Shown here one piece after another: positions 39,131 to 53,395 of a stretch of DNA of 64,000 nt. The stretch covers positions 78,182,001 to 78,246,000 of the forward strand of contig OX597826.1 of the NCBI GenBank assembly GCA_951406725.2, read 5' to 3'. The stretch is from Octopus vulgaris. Its lineage: Eukaryota. The position numbers and the translations under genes are program-made. The notes below the pieces were generated by a model. It searched no databases. It worked only from the letters and a program-made list of their open reading frames with translations, and had not been told where the DNA came from. The number at the start of each line of letters is the position of its first letter. Positions within the stretch are counted from its first letter, which is position 1.

Positions 39131-39472
39131 TTTATGTATATTTTATGTATATGTTATTATACCTAACACACGCACACCCAAATACACGCATACACGTGTA
39201 TATGTATATATATTTATATATGCACACACATACATATATATATATGCATATATGTATATGTATGTGTATATATAGGTATGTATATACATACATATTTATA
39301 TATATATATAAACAGAGGGAGGGAGCGAGGGGGGAGAAACGGATGGTGAGAGAGAGAGACAATATATACATGTATGTCTATGAATGTGTATGTATATATA
39401 TTTGTGTATCCCTTCATACATGCAGTTATAAATACATAACCACACACGCGCACACACAATCATACACACAGA

Positions 39473-39530
<58 letters not shown>

Positions 39531-39948
39531 AACACATGCACACACGCCCATGCAGGCAGAGTTAAATGTTGATGGAATTCACTCCCCAACCATAAGCTAT
39601 CAGGTCCCACGTTTTATCTTTGTGCTTGACCTCTGGACAAATGTCCCCCGTCGCTCCTTATCTAAGACCGGTCTCGTCCTACTGTGTGAATTGGCGGTGA
39701 CGGTGCAGACCAGTATCAGATAGACTGTAACACTAACTGGAAGCGCTTACCATCCTTCTCGAAACACACGTTGTGAGTCCTTCTAATTGTACCAGCGAAG
39801 TGCATTGACAATGGACGCGTCTCTACAAAACTTAGCCAATTGCACGCTAATGCAATTAACAAGTTGCTCTGTTGATTGAAGAACTGAAAGAATCATCTTG
39901 AAACTGACGGAGGTCCATTCACTTATTACTTTACACATATATATATAC

Positions 39949-39986
<38 letters not shown>

Positions 39987-40107
39987 GAACATATGTCTTA
40001 ATTATGTATTTATGCATGTATAGTAATAAATATATGCGTGTATGGATCTGCGTGTGTGTGTGTGTGTGTGTGTTTCTGTTTATGTGTATGTGATTGTAGG
40101 TATAGAA

Positions 40108-40143
<36 letters not shown>

Positions 40144-40536
40144 TGGTGGGGTGCGTGTGGTGGTGGTGACAAGCAATAAATATGTGTGTTCAGACGTGGA
40201 AACAGAAAATGAAGAGCTGTGGCAGGTACAACTATTTAGAAACAATTGAACATGATTGCAATTATAGACAGCCTGCGCACACGTCGACGTGTGGGAACAG
40301 AAATATATATACTTATACATACACACCTACATACATATATAGACACACACACACATACATACATACATACATACATACATACATACATACATACATACAT
40401 ACATACATACATACATACATACGTACATACATACACACACACAAATATAAATAAGTATATAGATATAGATATATATATATATACGTACATACTTACGTAT
40501 ATATTCACGAATATATATACATATGTATAAATATGA

Positions 40537-40582
<46 letters not shown>

Positions 40583-40840
40583 ATATATATATATATATGT
40601 GTGTGTTTGTGAATGTGTGCATGTGTGTGAACTCGCGTATATATGGATGCATATATGTCCATGTATGTGTTTCCACGTGCATAAACATACGCTCATACGT
40701 AACAAAACTGGTGAGTTGGTTCATAAAAGCATGTATGGACGCACACATACACACACTCGCCGGCACACATGCACACACTGGCGCACACACATATTAGACA
40801 CACTTTCACACATACGCTGCTATCATTTCTACAGCCTTAT

Positions 40841-40902
<62 letters not shown>

Positions 40903-40978
40903 GTACACACATATGTGTGTGTGCATGTGTATATAGAAATACATACGTATATGTTTTCATTCATATGTAATATGTACA

Positions 40979-41053
<75 letters not shown>

Positions 41054-42035
41054 CACGCGCACACATACGCACGTCTATATATCTACATATTTCTCCGTAC
41101 CTGCATCTACATGTCCCCCCCACACACACACAGCGTGTGTGCATGCGTGCGCCAGCTTATTCTCAATGGCTCTACCAGTCAACTTTATACAATTATCTCC
41201 CGTGTCACACGCTCTTCTCGTGTTTCATTTTAGTTATGGAGATCGAAGCCTCGTTTTCATTCACAGCATTAAGCAGATCTATTCGATTCCTGTTTTTGTT
41301 TTGATTTTCCTATTTTCATCTTTTTTTCCTTCGCTTTTCTTCATACTTTCTCCAAGATCACATTAACGCCTCTTTTCTCTTTCTTTCATGTATTTTCCTT
41401 TCTCACATTGGTTGTTTTCATTTTTATTTTTTTGTTTTATTGTTTTTGTTTTCCAGTAAATTTTTATTATTTCTTTCTTAGATTTTTATCTCAATATTGA
41501 AATATCCAATTTTTTTGTATTTTAGCTTTCGTTTTTTTTTTTTTGCTTCTTCGCTTCATTTTCAATTCAAATTTAGTTGTCAAAATAGTAATAGATGCTC
41601 AACCGTTTAGCTGATGGTGTATGCGCAAGAAGTGCGTATGCGTATGTCTAAAGGTAGTAGATCTCTTTACGTTGTGTGTTTTATGTGTCTGTGCTATAAT
41701 TTGCATGTGTGTGCGAATGCGAGTGTGTGAACGTGCAAATGTAAATATCATCATATTTAATTATTAATGTTTTGTTGTAGAAGAATCGGTTGACGCAGCG
41801 GATGAGAAGTGTTTGGATGTTTTGTGTTCATTCCAAGTATACTGTGTGTTCAAATCCTTTTAAAGACAGTTTCTTTCTTTACATACTTCGAGGGCGGATA
41901 AAATATACCCTAAATACATAACCCACCTCTTCGAGGCTGGATGAAATATATGCTAAATACATAATCTGAATGACCGCAGATGTCTCTTGCAAACAAACAT
42001 GAATGGCTTTCGACAATCGTGTTAAGTGTCGGTCT

Positions 42036-42413
42036 CAGTGGTTCTCAACCGGGCTCCGTGTGACCACAAGGGGTCCTCATGAGATTTTAGGGGTTCACGC
42101 AAACAAAATATCAAGTTGGGGATGCACATTAGTACTTTAACTATCCACGGAAAACTTTTCACTTTAGACAATCTAAGTTCTTTTTCTCTCTCACATTTTA
42201 CACATCTCAACAGGTTTCTGGTCACTGAATCAGGTTCTCTCAGAGAGTTCTGTTGCAAGCATATACAAGTGAATGAGTGAATAACGAAATAGGGATTTCG
42301 AAAGGAGTATCTACAAAACTAGTTTTTAAACATAGAATGGCTCTGAGGGTCCACTTGGGTAAAAATAATAACCAAAGGGATCCTGAGGCAAAATAAATGA
42401 GTGAAAACCACTG
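42036..42413. mobile_element. hAT (Charlie-like) MITE
   Basis: TIRs CAGTGGTTCTCAAC and GTGAAAACCACTG, with subterminal GGGGTCC/GGGTCC motifs. No clear 8-bp TSD. Confidence 0.7.
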
Positions 42414-43771
42414 GTGTACGCTATCGCTAGCTGATATAAACACTATTTCTGCCGACCCTGCTTTGGATGTCAGCAGAAGCTGAGAGGGCTGCACCGGTGT
42501 TCAGCTGTTAGTTTCAACTGAGCAACCTGTAGCAACCTGAAATAAAGTGTGTTGCTCAAAGACAGAATGTGCCACCCTTTTCAGGAATCGAACGCACAAC
42601 CCAATCGTTGTCAGCCCAAACCCATCATGCATTTTAATAATCAATCAAAGAGTGAGTTCAATTAAATTGAGTGTAGCATTCCTTTAGAATTGTGAGTATG
42701 GTCTGGAAAATTATCTTGTTTTTCGTTTTCTGTTCTTCGCGTCACGAGACCAGATTCTATTTCCATTTTATTACGAAAAAGATTTTAGAACTCGACATAA
42801 AAACCAAAGAAACTCAGTTACAAGATATGTGGCAGCAAAAGTCATTTAAACGAGCCTAAACCAATGAAGACAATCAAAAGAGCAAATCCTAAAGGCTGAT
42901 GTTTCTAAGGCGGATCCGGTAACAACTGCGCGGTTGTCAAAAATATTTCCCCTTCTTCGTTGCCAAAAAGCGACCCACAAAACTAGCAGGGACGTTTAGA
43001 GCGTTCATATCAACAGTAACAACAGCTCGATCTAAGGGACCAGAAAGCTTTTCCCCTCAAAGCAGTTGCACCCTGTCCAGTTATGGAGTTCTAAACTCAT
43101 AAGCTGAAAAAACAACAGATCAATCAATTGGAAACCGGAATAAAGACACACAAAGATGAACAGATCTGCAAAACGGGAGATACTCTCCGCCGAAGAAGAG
43201 CTCGTCATATATAACGGAGCAATGGCTTTGATGAGGAGGAGCCAGTCTTTTTTTTTTATATAAAGGAAATGAAATTCAGAGCTCTCTGAAAGATTAACAC
43301 ATAATTAAGAAGAAAGAGCAATTTGCAGACGTCAGCGAAACAACACAAAACGAACAGGATATTAGAAGAAATTTCGCCAAACCTCACGAGAACTTTACAT
43401 GTTGATGACCCATAGGACATGGGACTTCAGCGGCCCACAGTGATCCAAGAGTTCCTCTCAGCAGATTTAGGAATCACCAGCTTTGAATGATACAATGAGG
43501 TGGGGGAAAACAGAGGTTGATTTGATCAACTTAAATAGACATTTAAGTTACACACACACACAGTGTTTTAATTAGTCCTGTTTTATTTTATCTGCTAATT
43601 TATTGCATTGTGTGCGTAACTGTTTTATAAACTTTTTATTCATCCCTTTATATACTTTTGTATAACACCTGTCATTCTTCCTCTCGTCTTTGTATAAGTT
43701 GATTTTCCCAAACTAGACTGGGTTTTATAAAGACCGGTTGAAACAGCTCTACAGTTTATTGTATCGTTCCG

Positions 43772-43962
43772 GAATCGTTAGCATGCCGGGCAAAAGATTT
43801 TAGCGGTATTTTGTCCGTCTTGACGTTCTGAGTTCAAATTACGCCGACGTCGACTTTGCTTTTCATCCTTTCCGGATGGATAAAATAAGTACAGGTTAAA
43901 CACTGGGGTCGATATAATCGACTTAGCCCCTTCCTCGAAATTGCTACCAAAAATTTGAAATT
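43772..43962 (+). mobile_element. Family A SINE, alternative tail
   Basis: GAATCGTTAGCATGCCGGGC...GAGTTCAAATT...TTTCATCCTTT...CCAAAAATTTGAAA. Confidence 0.8.
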
Positions 43963-44100
43963 ATTATTATAATTATTATTCTGTTTCTTCTTCTTTCAAT
44001 TTTGTTTCCATTTCTTGACGAGTATCTATCTTCCCAACATCCGGCAAGAAACAAAAGTATTGTTAATATTATTACTATTATTATTATTACTATTATTATA

Positions 44101-44169
<69 letters not shown>

Positions 44170-44210
44170 GTTATTATTGTTATTATTGTTATTATTATTA
44201 TTATTATTAT

Positions 44211-44502
44211 ATGTTTGACTTTTGCTTTGTATTTGAACAAGTTGACCCCAAGTCTCACCCAAAGACCTGAAGAGACTACAAGTTAGAAGTTCATGCTGGT
44301 GTTATGCCTAGGGTTTTGCTCAAAGTATTGTTCTAGAGAATGTTTAAGAAAACAAGAAAATTATGAGTTTGTTTTAAAGTTTGTTTTACAAAAACAGTAT
44401 TTTCCGTAGGATATGAGCAGTTCCTATGGGCACTATCTTTTGAATTTCTGCCATTTTGGGGTTTCCTGGTATTTGAGCTAGGTAGCAATCAGCTCCTTTT
44501 GC
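44211..44502 (-). mobile_element. R4/Dong-like LINE 3' end embedded in (TAA)n
   Basis: Minus strand reads AKGADCYLAQIPGNPKMAEIQKIVPIGTAHILRKILFL*, matching the QK....GT..ILR C-terminus of restriction-like endonuclease LINEs. The 3' UTR runs into (AAT)n, with ATT/CAT repeats on the other side. Confidence 0.8.
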
Positions 44503-44518
44503 ATTATCATCATCATCA

Positions 44519-44562
<44 letters not shown>

Positions 44563-45218
44563 TCGTCATTGTTGTTGCTGTTGTTGTTACATTTGTTGTG
44601 TGGGTGGGGGGTGCTGTTATTGTTGTCGCTGCTATTCTTGTTTTTACTACTGTTGATATTGCGTCCGCTGTTGTTTCCTGGACACAGAACAAGCCTATTC
44701 CAGCAGAACCAAGCTCACAATCACCCTTGCTCCTATCTCTCTCTCCCTCCCCCCTCTCCCCCCTCTCCCCCCTCTCCCCTCTCTCTCTCTCTCTCATTTT
44801 CTTTCCCTACATTCTAGACATTGTCGAACGTTGCCTTCCATTCTCCTCAGTGTACAGTTTCATTTCAGGGATTCGGCTGCGGCTTTTGTTGCCGGTGAAA
44901 CCACCGTAAAATAACACAAGCAGTTATTTCAGTTGCGATCCATGCAATGCCATGCCTCATATCGATTTGATTAGGTTAGTACAATGGCCCTTTTTCAAAT
45001 TCTGTTTTTTCATCCGGCTTGAGAACCCAGCATAATACGGCAATCGAGACGCAGAAACATTCAACTTATTTTTTCCAATTGAATGATTCTATCTTTTAAA
45101 ACAACTGAGTCGTAATCACTGGCTAACAACAAAAAGGTTTTGTGTGTGTGTGTATATATATATAGGTATGTGTATCTGTAAACTTGTGTAAATACACACA
45201 CGTTCACACAACACATAA

Positions 45219-45281
<63 letters not shown>

Positions 45282-45286
45282 TATAT

Positions 45287-45379
<93 letters not shown>

Positions 45380-45388
45380 AATACATAC

Positions 45389-45433
<45 letters not shown>

Positions 45434-45438
<5 letters not shown>

Positions 45439-45669
45439 TGGTCCAGAAGTAGGTTTATGGTTATTCATCCTTCTCTTTCGCATTCATATATTGGCAGTTT
45501 AGATCTTAATTATTAAAAAGATATGAAACCCTTATTCTGTGCTAATTTAGTTAATTTTGTCAAACTCCCTTTTCATTTTGTAAGATAGAAATTTGAAAGT
45601 AACGAAATGTTTTTAAAGAAATTTAAAATGCCTACGTAATAACTGTAAACCTACTTTTGGGTCACACTG
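45434..45669. mobile_element. Tc1/mariner-type MITE
   Basis: Imperfect TIRs GTGGTCCAGAAGTAGGTTTATGGTTATT and reverse complement CAGTGTGACCCAAAAGTAGGTTTACAGTTATT; TA flanks the right end. Confidence 0.7.
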
Positions 45670-45672
45670 TAT

Positions 45673-45686
45673 ATAGATAGATAGAC

Positions 45687-45755
<69 letters not shown>

Positions 45756-45756
45756 G

Positions 45757-45794
<38 letters not shown>
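45673..45794. repeat. (GATA)n microsatellite
   Basis: Near-perfect GATA run. Confidence 0.95.
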
Positions 45795-45795
<1 letters not shown>

Positions 45796-46010
45796 GAGGA
45801 TGCTGAAGAGCTCCTGGCCTTGAGTAAAAGAAAATAGAGGAGGATCAGTTAATTATGGTTTTATTCAACATATTCTCCTCTCTGCTTCACACACTTATTG
45901 TAGCAGTCCATCAGTCTTTTTAAAACCCTGTAAAATGACTCGGAAGATTGGGTCTCCAGCCAAGCTTTTTGCAATACTCTTAAAGCCAGGAACTTTTCAG
46001 CACCCCCTCC
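45796..46010 (-). mobile_element. mariner-derived internally deleted element (MITE)
   Basis: TIRs GAGGATGCTGAAGAGCTCCTGGCCTT and GGGGGTGCTGAAAAGTTCCTGGCTTT; internal FYRVLKRLMDCYNKCVKQRGEYVE* is a mariner C-terminus. Confidence 0.8.
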
Positions 46011-46222
46011 AACATGCATATGAATGAATGTATATTGTGAATGCATATTGTGTTTGAATGAATGCAAGAATCGCTTCGCTGACTACCAAAACGGAATAAA
46101 AGAGAATCTGCGTTTCTTGTTAAATTCCGGTGACCTGTTTCCAGAAACGTATAGCATTTCATCAGAAATATGCGTAATAGATTCTAATCAGATAACATGT
46201 GTAAGACATAAAAGATACATGT

Positions 46223-46385
46223 AGGTACAGGTGCGGCTACATGGTAAGACGTTTGCCTCCCAACTACATGGTTCCAGGTTCAGTCCCATTGCGTGGCACC
46301 TGACCAAGTGTCTTCTACTACAGCCTTGGACTCACCAAACCCTTGTGAGTAGATTAAGTAGATGGAAACTGAAAGAAGCCCGTTG

Positions 46386-46445
<60 letters not shown>

Positions 46446-46598
46446 TCATGATTGTGTTTGTGTTTCACTACCGTAACACAGCGATTCGGCAATAGAGAAC
46501 GATAGAATAAGTTCCAGGATGGGATCGATTCGTTCGATTAAACTGCTTCAAGATATTGTTCCAGCATGGCCGCAGTCTAATGACTGAAGCAATTAAAA
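46223..46598 (+). mobile_element. Family B SINE, diverged
   Basis: GGTTCAGTCCC...AAGTGTCTTCTACTA...(GT)n...CCAGCATGGCCGCAGTCTAATGACTGAAG. Confidence 0.82.
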
Positions 46599-46836
46599 AA
46601 CTAACGATACAATTACAGTAAAAGATGAGACAAAACAACTTACCCATGCTGTATAAATTAGTCGCACAGAACAGCTGAATCCATGTAAACCGCATCTCAT
46701 ACGTAAGGTTCACACGGAAGTCTTTTCTAACAATCCTAAATACATAGTTATAATTCTCATGAAAATCGAAATAAGTATAGGCCGCAAACACATGTTAGAT
46801 ACACTCAATTTATGAATTAGATCGGCCACAAATTTA

Positions 46837-47557
46837 ATGCTATACAAGTGCGGCAACACTACCATTAAATGGTTTAACCGTATTGATGTTAAATCCAATT
46901 GCAGGTTTACTCTGTTCGATAGAGTAGACTTTTATCGGTTTATTTCTAAGTATTTTCTCCTGCAAAAGATATACCACTATAGCAGAGACCGATATTTGTA
47001 TAATTATAAACAGCAGGAAATCATTGTTATTTTAGGATAATTTCTACTGGGTCAAGAAGCGAGGTAATAACAGTTCTCATGGGCGTCTATATCCTACACA
47101 CACTGAGTAGTAATAAAACAGAAACAGGTTTAGATGGAGATGACGGCCTCGGAGGAATTTATTATTGGAATGCGCATGACAGAGATAGACTTAGGAAAAC
47201 GCTACCATACCCAGTCGGTTTACCCTTAAAATTTCGGTTAACATTATTCTAAAATTAGTGAAATGGCTGTCTATCACAGTGAAGGTACTGGCAAATATTA
47301 TACATACCAGAAGCCGAACTTGGAACAATTTTTATAAATAATAATTAGCTTCCAGTGCAATCACTAATCACAGCATCTCCAGTCTATCTTCAGATGAGAA
47401 TGGTTTTGGCAAGACAACAATGCGTTGGAGAGAAGCGGTTTTCAATGACAAAATACATTATATGAACCGATGGCATTCGGTTTAGAGATTACTGGAATAG
47501 GAAAACCTTTTGTTTCAATTCATCGTTTGGTATGAACATTGCCATAAATATAGCTAG
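46837..47557 (+). mobile_element. Penelope-like element reverse transcriptase remnant
   Basis: WFNRIDVKSNCRFTLFDRVDFY (FD..DFY), IIINSRKSLLF, LMGVYIL...GLDGDDGLG (GLYRDDGL catalytic motif), YQKPN and FCFNSSFGMNIAINIA (WFNPPFS.N..TNI), in collinear order with stops and frameshifts. Confidence 0.82.
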
Positions 47558-48344
47558 ATGCCTCTTGACCCCATTCAAGCTGACTTCATCGACCTGCAAC
47601 AAAAGAAAAAAAGGAAAGGAACTCTCTTTTCTTTCTCACATACAGTAACATTTAATGTGACGGCCTTCAAGCAAATTCCTCTGCAAGATCCATTTCAGCT
47701 ACAGACCCACTGCCGGCATTGGCACTTCTATCCTCGACCCTCAAAATACCACCCGAGAACCTGATCAACTTCGAAAGAATATCGGTTAGATTTATCTTCT
47801 TATACTATATCACATTTCTCTTATAAATTCTACCACCTTCTCCTTCCACTCTCCTCTCTCCATCACCTTTTTAACTTTCCTCACCTCTCTGTCACACGTT
47901 TCCATCACACCCATCATTACATCTCCTCTCCTGCTCCATAAAGGACACCGGCCATGCACAAGCCGACCAACTATAATCCTCCGTATAATCCCATCCCTGC
48001 TGTTCAGTAAGTTTAGATTGGCGAACGCTGAATATATTCTTGAGCACTTAACACCCAGTCTATGAATCTCACCTCACGCGGCTGATCTCGGACATTGCAA
48101 TTAAGAGATCAGGTAACACAAGGGTAAATCTACCTGGTGAATTATATTAAGACCCAAGGCGTCTAAGCTGTACGCACATCTTTCTGTTCCCCCCCTTTTT
48201 TTTTACCAGAAATAATTACGACTACATTATTGAAAGTAACCTGCGTTTTCTGTTCCTGATTCTATGATGTGATTTGAAAGTGATGTTGCTGTTATTTCTA
48301 GCAGGTCGACAGACGGCAGAGAGGTCCATCCGTTGGCTTACATT

Positions 48345-48660
48345 GAGGATTTTGTTGTTGCTGCTGCTGTTTTTGTTGTTGTTGATGTTGTTGCTGCTGC
48401 TGCTCTTCTTCTTTTCTTCTTCTTTTTGTTATTGTTGTTCTTCTTCTTTTTCTTCTTTTCCTTCTTCTTCTTCACCCCTCCTCCTTCTTCTTCTCCTTTT
48501 CCCCCGTCTTCTTCTTCCTCCTTCTCCTCCTCCTTCCTCTTCTTCTTCTTCTTCTCTTCCTCCTCCTCCTCCTCCTCCTTCTTCTTCTTCTTCTTCTTCT
48601 TCTTCTTCTTCTTCTTCTTCTTCTTCTTCTTCTTCTTGCTGCTACTGCATCTGTTGCTAC
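48345..48660. repeat. (TTG)/(CTT)/(CCT)n block
   Basis: Visible triplet repeats. Confidence 0.9.
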
Positions 48661-48879
48661 TGGTGTTATTTAATTCAGGTCAACTTTGATTGGACAGAGC
48701 AAACTATGTGTCCATTTGTGTCCATCATGTCATTTATGTATCCCGTTGAAGACGTTAAGATGCTAATTGAAGAAGACTTGGCGGCAGTTTTCAGCAAGTC
48801 GAGCAACCATATAGAGGCACCTCCTCTGTTGCTTGGCCCCGCTGGCTTTTTGTCGTTTAGGTCTTCGTCGAAACTAATA

Positions 48880-49050
48880 AAGGCGACCAAGGATTAAAAC
48901 CGTTCCAGCGTTGACTGTCTTTTACTTTTTACAGTTACCTACGACTGACTTTAAATTGATCCTCCTTCATTTAAAAGAGTAAGGAGTGGTTTCAGGGAGA
49001 TTTGGCTACTCTTTCTAGAAGACCGAGTGATCAGTTAGAGAATTCCCCCA
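48880..49050 (-). mobile_element. Old dispersed repeat family D (probable SINE)
   Basis: CTAGAAA(G/T)AG.AGCCAAATCTCCC motif also seen at about 12690-12735, 17890-17945 and 51935-51970; the last copy is interrupted by a family B SINE and resumes near 52475-52630. Confidence 0.5.
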
Positions 49051-49814
49051 TTGGGGCCTCTCTGATGATCACTGTAATGGCGTGCAAAATGGACTCCGTT
49101 TCTTCCAATCGCCGAGATGTCTGATTAATAATATCTTATTACCAATTGCCTTTTCACACATGTGTGTCTGTGGCAGCATAAATATCTGGTTCAGTTTTAT
49201 TTGAGTATCAGTGTGTGCATGAATGTAATTCTGAGGGACATTTCCCTCAAATCAAATATACTTACCTTTCAAAAATTAATTTCTCTTAATTTGATTGTTA
49301 ATTGCGTCTATGTCTTAGAGAGTCAAGTGTTAAAGGGATGTAACTCTTAGATCCACCTCTTCTGATTAAGCCAATCACTCGAAATCTGACAGATATTATC
49401 CACCACTGAGATACATTAGGATAAACTTTCCTATTGAACAGCAATTGATTGCCAAAAATATATTGAAGATTTAAACTATTTGCGTCTTTCCCCTCAAAAA
49501 TACACCTATTAATATACCAGGAACCTAATGTAATAAATCTATTCATCTTCAGAATTTATAACAGTTCAGGAATTTACGGTTAACTCCTATACAAGCCAGC
49601 CCTAGCACATTTTCACTTCGCCCCTTTGCAATTTTTAACTATTTTGGTATTTTGCCAAATTTGTCGCTAACTCGGTGAATTTGTTCCTTTCGGCAATTCC
49701 TTTTGGTGTATGATTCAATACAACATAACTTCTTTTAAATTCTAAGCCAATACTAAACGTATCGGCTATATGAATTCTGTAATAAATTTAATTATATTTA
49801 TAGTACATCTGAAC

Positions 49815-49856
<42 letters not shown>

Positions 49857-49871
49857 CATTTTATTATTATT

Positions 49872-49909
<38 letters not shown>

Positions 49910-50759
49910 TGTTGCTGCTGTTGTTGTTGTTGTTGTTGTTGTTATTGTTATCCTCATCATCATCATCATCATCATCATCATCAAGGTAGCTTCACGAAGA
50001 AGTTTTATATTTTGTTTTGTTTTTGTTTCTTTTTCTAAAGAAGGGTGCTCGGAGCGTTTGGGCGTGTTTGTTTACTTGTTCCGGGTAGAAGGAAAAATTC
50101 TGTCTCTTTGGATGTTTATATTAACTAGTAAAAACTTTTGATCGCTCTTGATTGAATATGTCTTCTTATAGGAGAATGAGAACGAGAACAGGTGCAAGTT
50201 ACGAACGAAATAGCACCGGTTACGTCACCAAATGGAAAATGTCTGAAAGCAAGAGAACACATTTTGGAATAATGCGGCAAGCAGAACAAAAAGAAAATGA
50301 ATATAATAGAAGAAGCAACAAATTAAAAGCATCCCGATGTTTCTAAGAACATTGATAGAATGTGCTCGATATAGAGCGAGTTCTGGGTACACAAGAATAT
50401 GGCAGAGAAATGTTACAAAGAGTAGTACCACCTCGCCCTAGGGACGGAGAAGAGCAAACAACATAAGATTCAAATACCATAATTGGGAGGGGAATTATAA
50501 GTGCTCCCGTGACCATGCTCGGGAATGTGAAAGACATGGTGAGTTAACGAGTGGCGTTGGTGCGTCGTACAAATTGGTGGCGTAGAATATGAGGATACGA
50601 GACACATGAGACACCACCAGGAACATTTGCAGTGAAATTGACAGCTGATTCGTCGACCACATTTGTGATGGTGTACGTGTAGGTAGCGAGGGCTTAGGTA
50701 CGCGCCTACATGCGCACAAACATATATACATAAATTTATACAGATAGCTAGCTACCTAG

Positions 50760-50946
50760 ATTGATTGATTGTCACTACACATTCTATATTTCCTCTCCTT
50801 GTTTCTTTCTGTGATCTTTTCTGTGGAAGAGCGTAGGCTCGAAACGTTAAAGACTTTTTCACTTCCCGAGCGTTATACTAATACATCTGTTTGTTGTCTA
50901 CTACACCTGTCTTCAACTTTTGTTCTTTTTTCGTGAATTCTCCCTA
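50760..50946 (+). mobile_element. PLE-terminus-like repeat with hammerhead-like motif (copy 2)
   Basis: TCTTTT-CTGTGGA-A-GAGC-GTAG-GCTC-GAAAC-GTT-AAAGA at 50815-50853; ends at a TA-rich tract. Confidence 0.7.
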
Positions 50947-51032
50947 TATATGTACATATATGTATGAATATATGCATGTATATATATATATATGGATGTA
51001 AATATATATATATACATGTGTGTTTGTGTGTG

Positions 51033-51244
51033 TAGGAAAAATACAGGTTGAAAATGCACTGTGAATAGTTAAAATATACTTTATTAAAATATTTGAAGCC
51101 TTAACTTGGCTCACAGTTTACACTGATTTTCAAAAAATTCAAATAGAATATCAGTGTAAACTGTGAAACCGGCTAAGGCTTCAAATATTTCGATAAAACA
51201 TATTTTAACTATTCTCAGTGCATTTTCAACCTGTATTTTTCCTA
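51033..51244. repeat. Long inverted repeat, 95-bp arms and 22-nt spacer
   Basis: 51033-51127 versus 51150-51244, about 10 mismatches by manual alignment. Confidence 0.9.
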
Positions 51245-51472
51245 TATTTCTACACGTGTGCAATAAAATACCTTTGTTATATATATATATGTATTTGTGT
51301 GTGTGTGTGTTTGTGTTTGTGTGTGTGTGTGTGTTGTGTGTGTGTGTGTCTGTGTGTCTGTGTATAAAAATGTATGTATGTATATAATAGATAGATAGAT
51401 ATACAGACAGGTAGACATACATACGTGCATACAGATAGACACACAGACGGACGGACAGACAAACAGACAGGC

Positions 51473-51504
<32 letters not shown>

Positions 51505-51505
51505 G

Positions 51506-51567
<62 letters not shown>

Positions 51568-51972
51568 ATAGAATAGAAATCATTATCTATCATGCTTTCA
51601 CAATCGAAACCACCATCATAACTCGTGTTTCTCTCTTGCAAAACCAGTTTGCGCTGATAAATTACAGAGGATCTTCGAAGAATCAATTACGATACGAGAG
51701 CTTCTGGCCGATTTTTGGCAACATTTTTCATTTCTTTTGAATCCAAAATTCCTATAAATCTTGCCGAGAATCTCTTTTACTCTCCTGTCATGTCTTCTCT
51801 TGTATTCTTTCTGTAACTCTCGTTACATTCATTTGGAATATGGCGGACATTTTCGTCTACATTGTTGCACAAAACTACCTTCACTATTATTGTCTCGAGA
51901 CAGCGAGTGAACCGCTACATTGTTGTGGCAAAGATGGCTAGAAATAGCAACCAAAGCTTCATCAGATCATAT

Positions 51973-52251
51973 TTACTCTCTTTTACTCTCTTTTACTTGT
52001 TTCAATCATTTGACTGCGGCCATGCACCACCTTTAGTCGAGCAAATCGACCCCGGGACTTATTCTCTGTAAGCCCAGTACTTATTCTATCGGTCTCATTT
52101 GCCGAACCGCTAGGTGACGGGCACATAAACACACCAGCATCGGTTGTCAAGCAATACTAGGGGGACAAACACAGACACACAAACATACACACTCACACTC
52201 GACTACCCACCCACACACGCACACACGCACGCACACACACACACACACACT

Positions 52252-52305
<54 letters not shown>

Positions 52306-52473
52306 TACGACAGGCATCTTTGAGTTTCCGTCTACCAAATCCACTCACACAAGGCATTGGTCGGTCCGAGGCTATAGTAGAAGACACTTGCCCAAGATGC
52401 CACGCAGTGGGACTGAACCCGGAACCATGTGGTTGGTAAGCAAGCTACTTACCACACAGCCATTCCCGCGCCT
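51973..52473 (-). mobile_element. Full-length family B SINE
   Basis: Head, CORE-like segment, expanded internal microsatellite and tail all present. Confidence 0.88.
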
Positions 52474-52669
52474 ATAGTAGTCTTAAAAACATGAAAGCTC
52501 ATTCAAATTACCACCAAATTACAGTATTTGAATAAGTGGAAGAAAAACACTTTAGATGGTGTGGTCACAACTGGAATGCGTCTGATCATCAGGCGGCTCT
52601 GCCAGAGCTCACCAGGGGCTAAACATCAACAGTAAAACCAACAAGAAGATATCAACAAACACAATCACT

Positions 52670-53395
52670 GCTATCATCACCACAACTGCAACATCAATAA
52701 CAACAATACGCTAACAGCACCAGTAATACCACAACAAATACTCCCACCACTACCACAACGACCACTGCCACTATCACCACCACCACCACCACAACTACCA
52801 CCACCACTACCACCAAAACCACCATAACCAACACCATCACAGCCACTACCACCACAACAACAACCACCATCACAACCAGCATCACAACCACCACAATCTT
52901 CGCCACCACAACCATCACAACTACCACCAACAACAACACCACCACCACCACCACCACTGCCACCGCAGCCACCACCACCACTACCAGCACCACCAGTACC
53001 ACCACCACAACCACCACCACCACTAATACCACCACCACTACCACCACCACCACTACCACCACAACCTCAACCACCGTCACCTCCACTACCATCACCATAA
53101 CCAACACTACCATCACCACTACCACCACAACCACCCTCACCACCAGTACTACTACCCCCACAACCACCACCACCACCACTGCCACCACAGCCACCACTAC
53201 CTCCACCATCACTACCACCACAACCTCAACCACCGTCACCTCCACTACCACCACCACTACCACCACCACAACCAACACTACCACCATCACTACCACCACA
53301 ACCACTACTACTACCCCCACAACCACCACCACCACTGCCATCACAGCACCAACTGCTCTCACAACAACCGTATCATCACAATAACCACCGCCATT
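52670..53395. repeat. Degenerate (CCA/CTA/CAA)n block
   Basis: Visible triplet low complexity. Confidence 0.9.

Noticed and set aside
42790-43530. Purine-rich unique stretch, possibly decayed retroelement coding sequence
   Set aside because: No motif could be identified with confidence; needs a translated search.
44859-44915. TTTCATTTCAG acceptor with a short possible exon
   Set aside because: Weak donor, no recognisable peptide and no neighbouring exons.
50150-50440. Possible RTE C-terminal remnant (YRRM...HFG.MR)
   Set aside because: Similarity is too fragmentary to support a feature.
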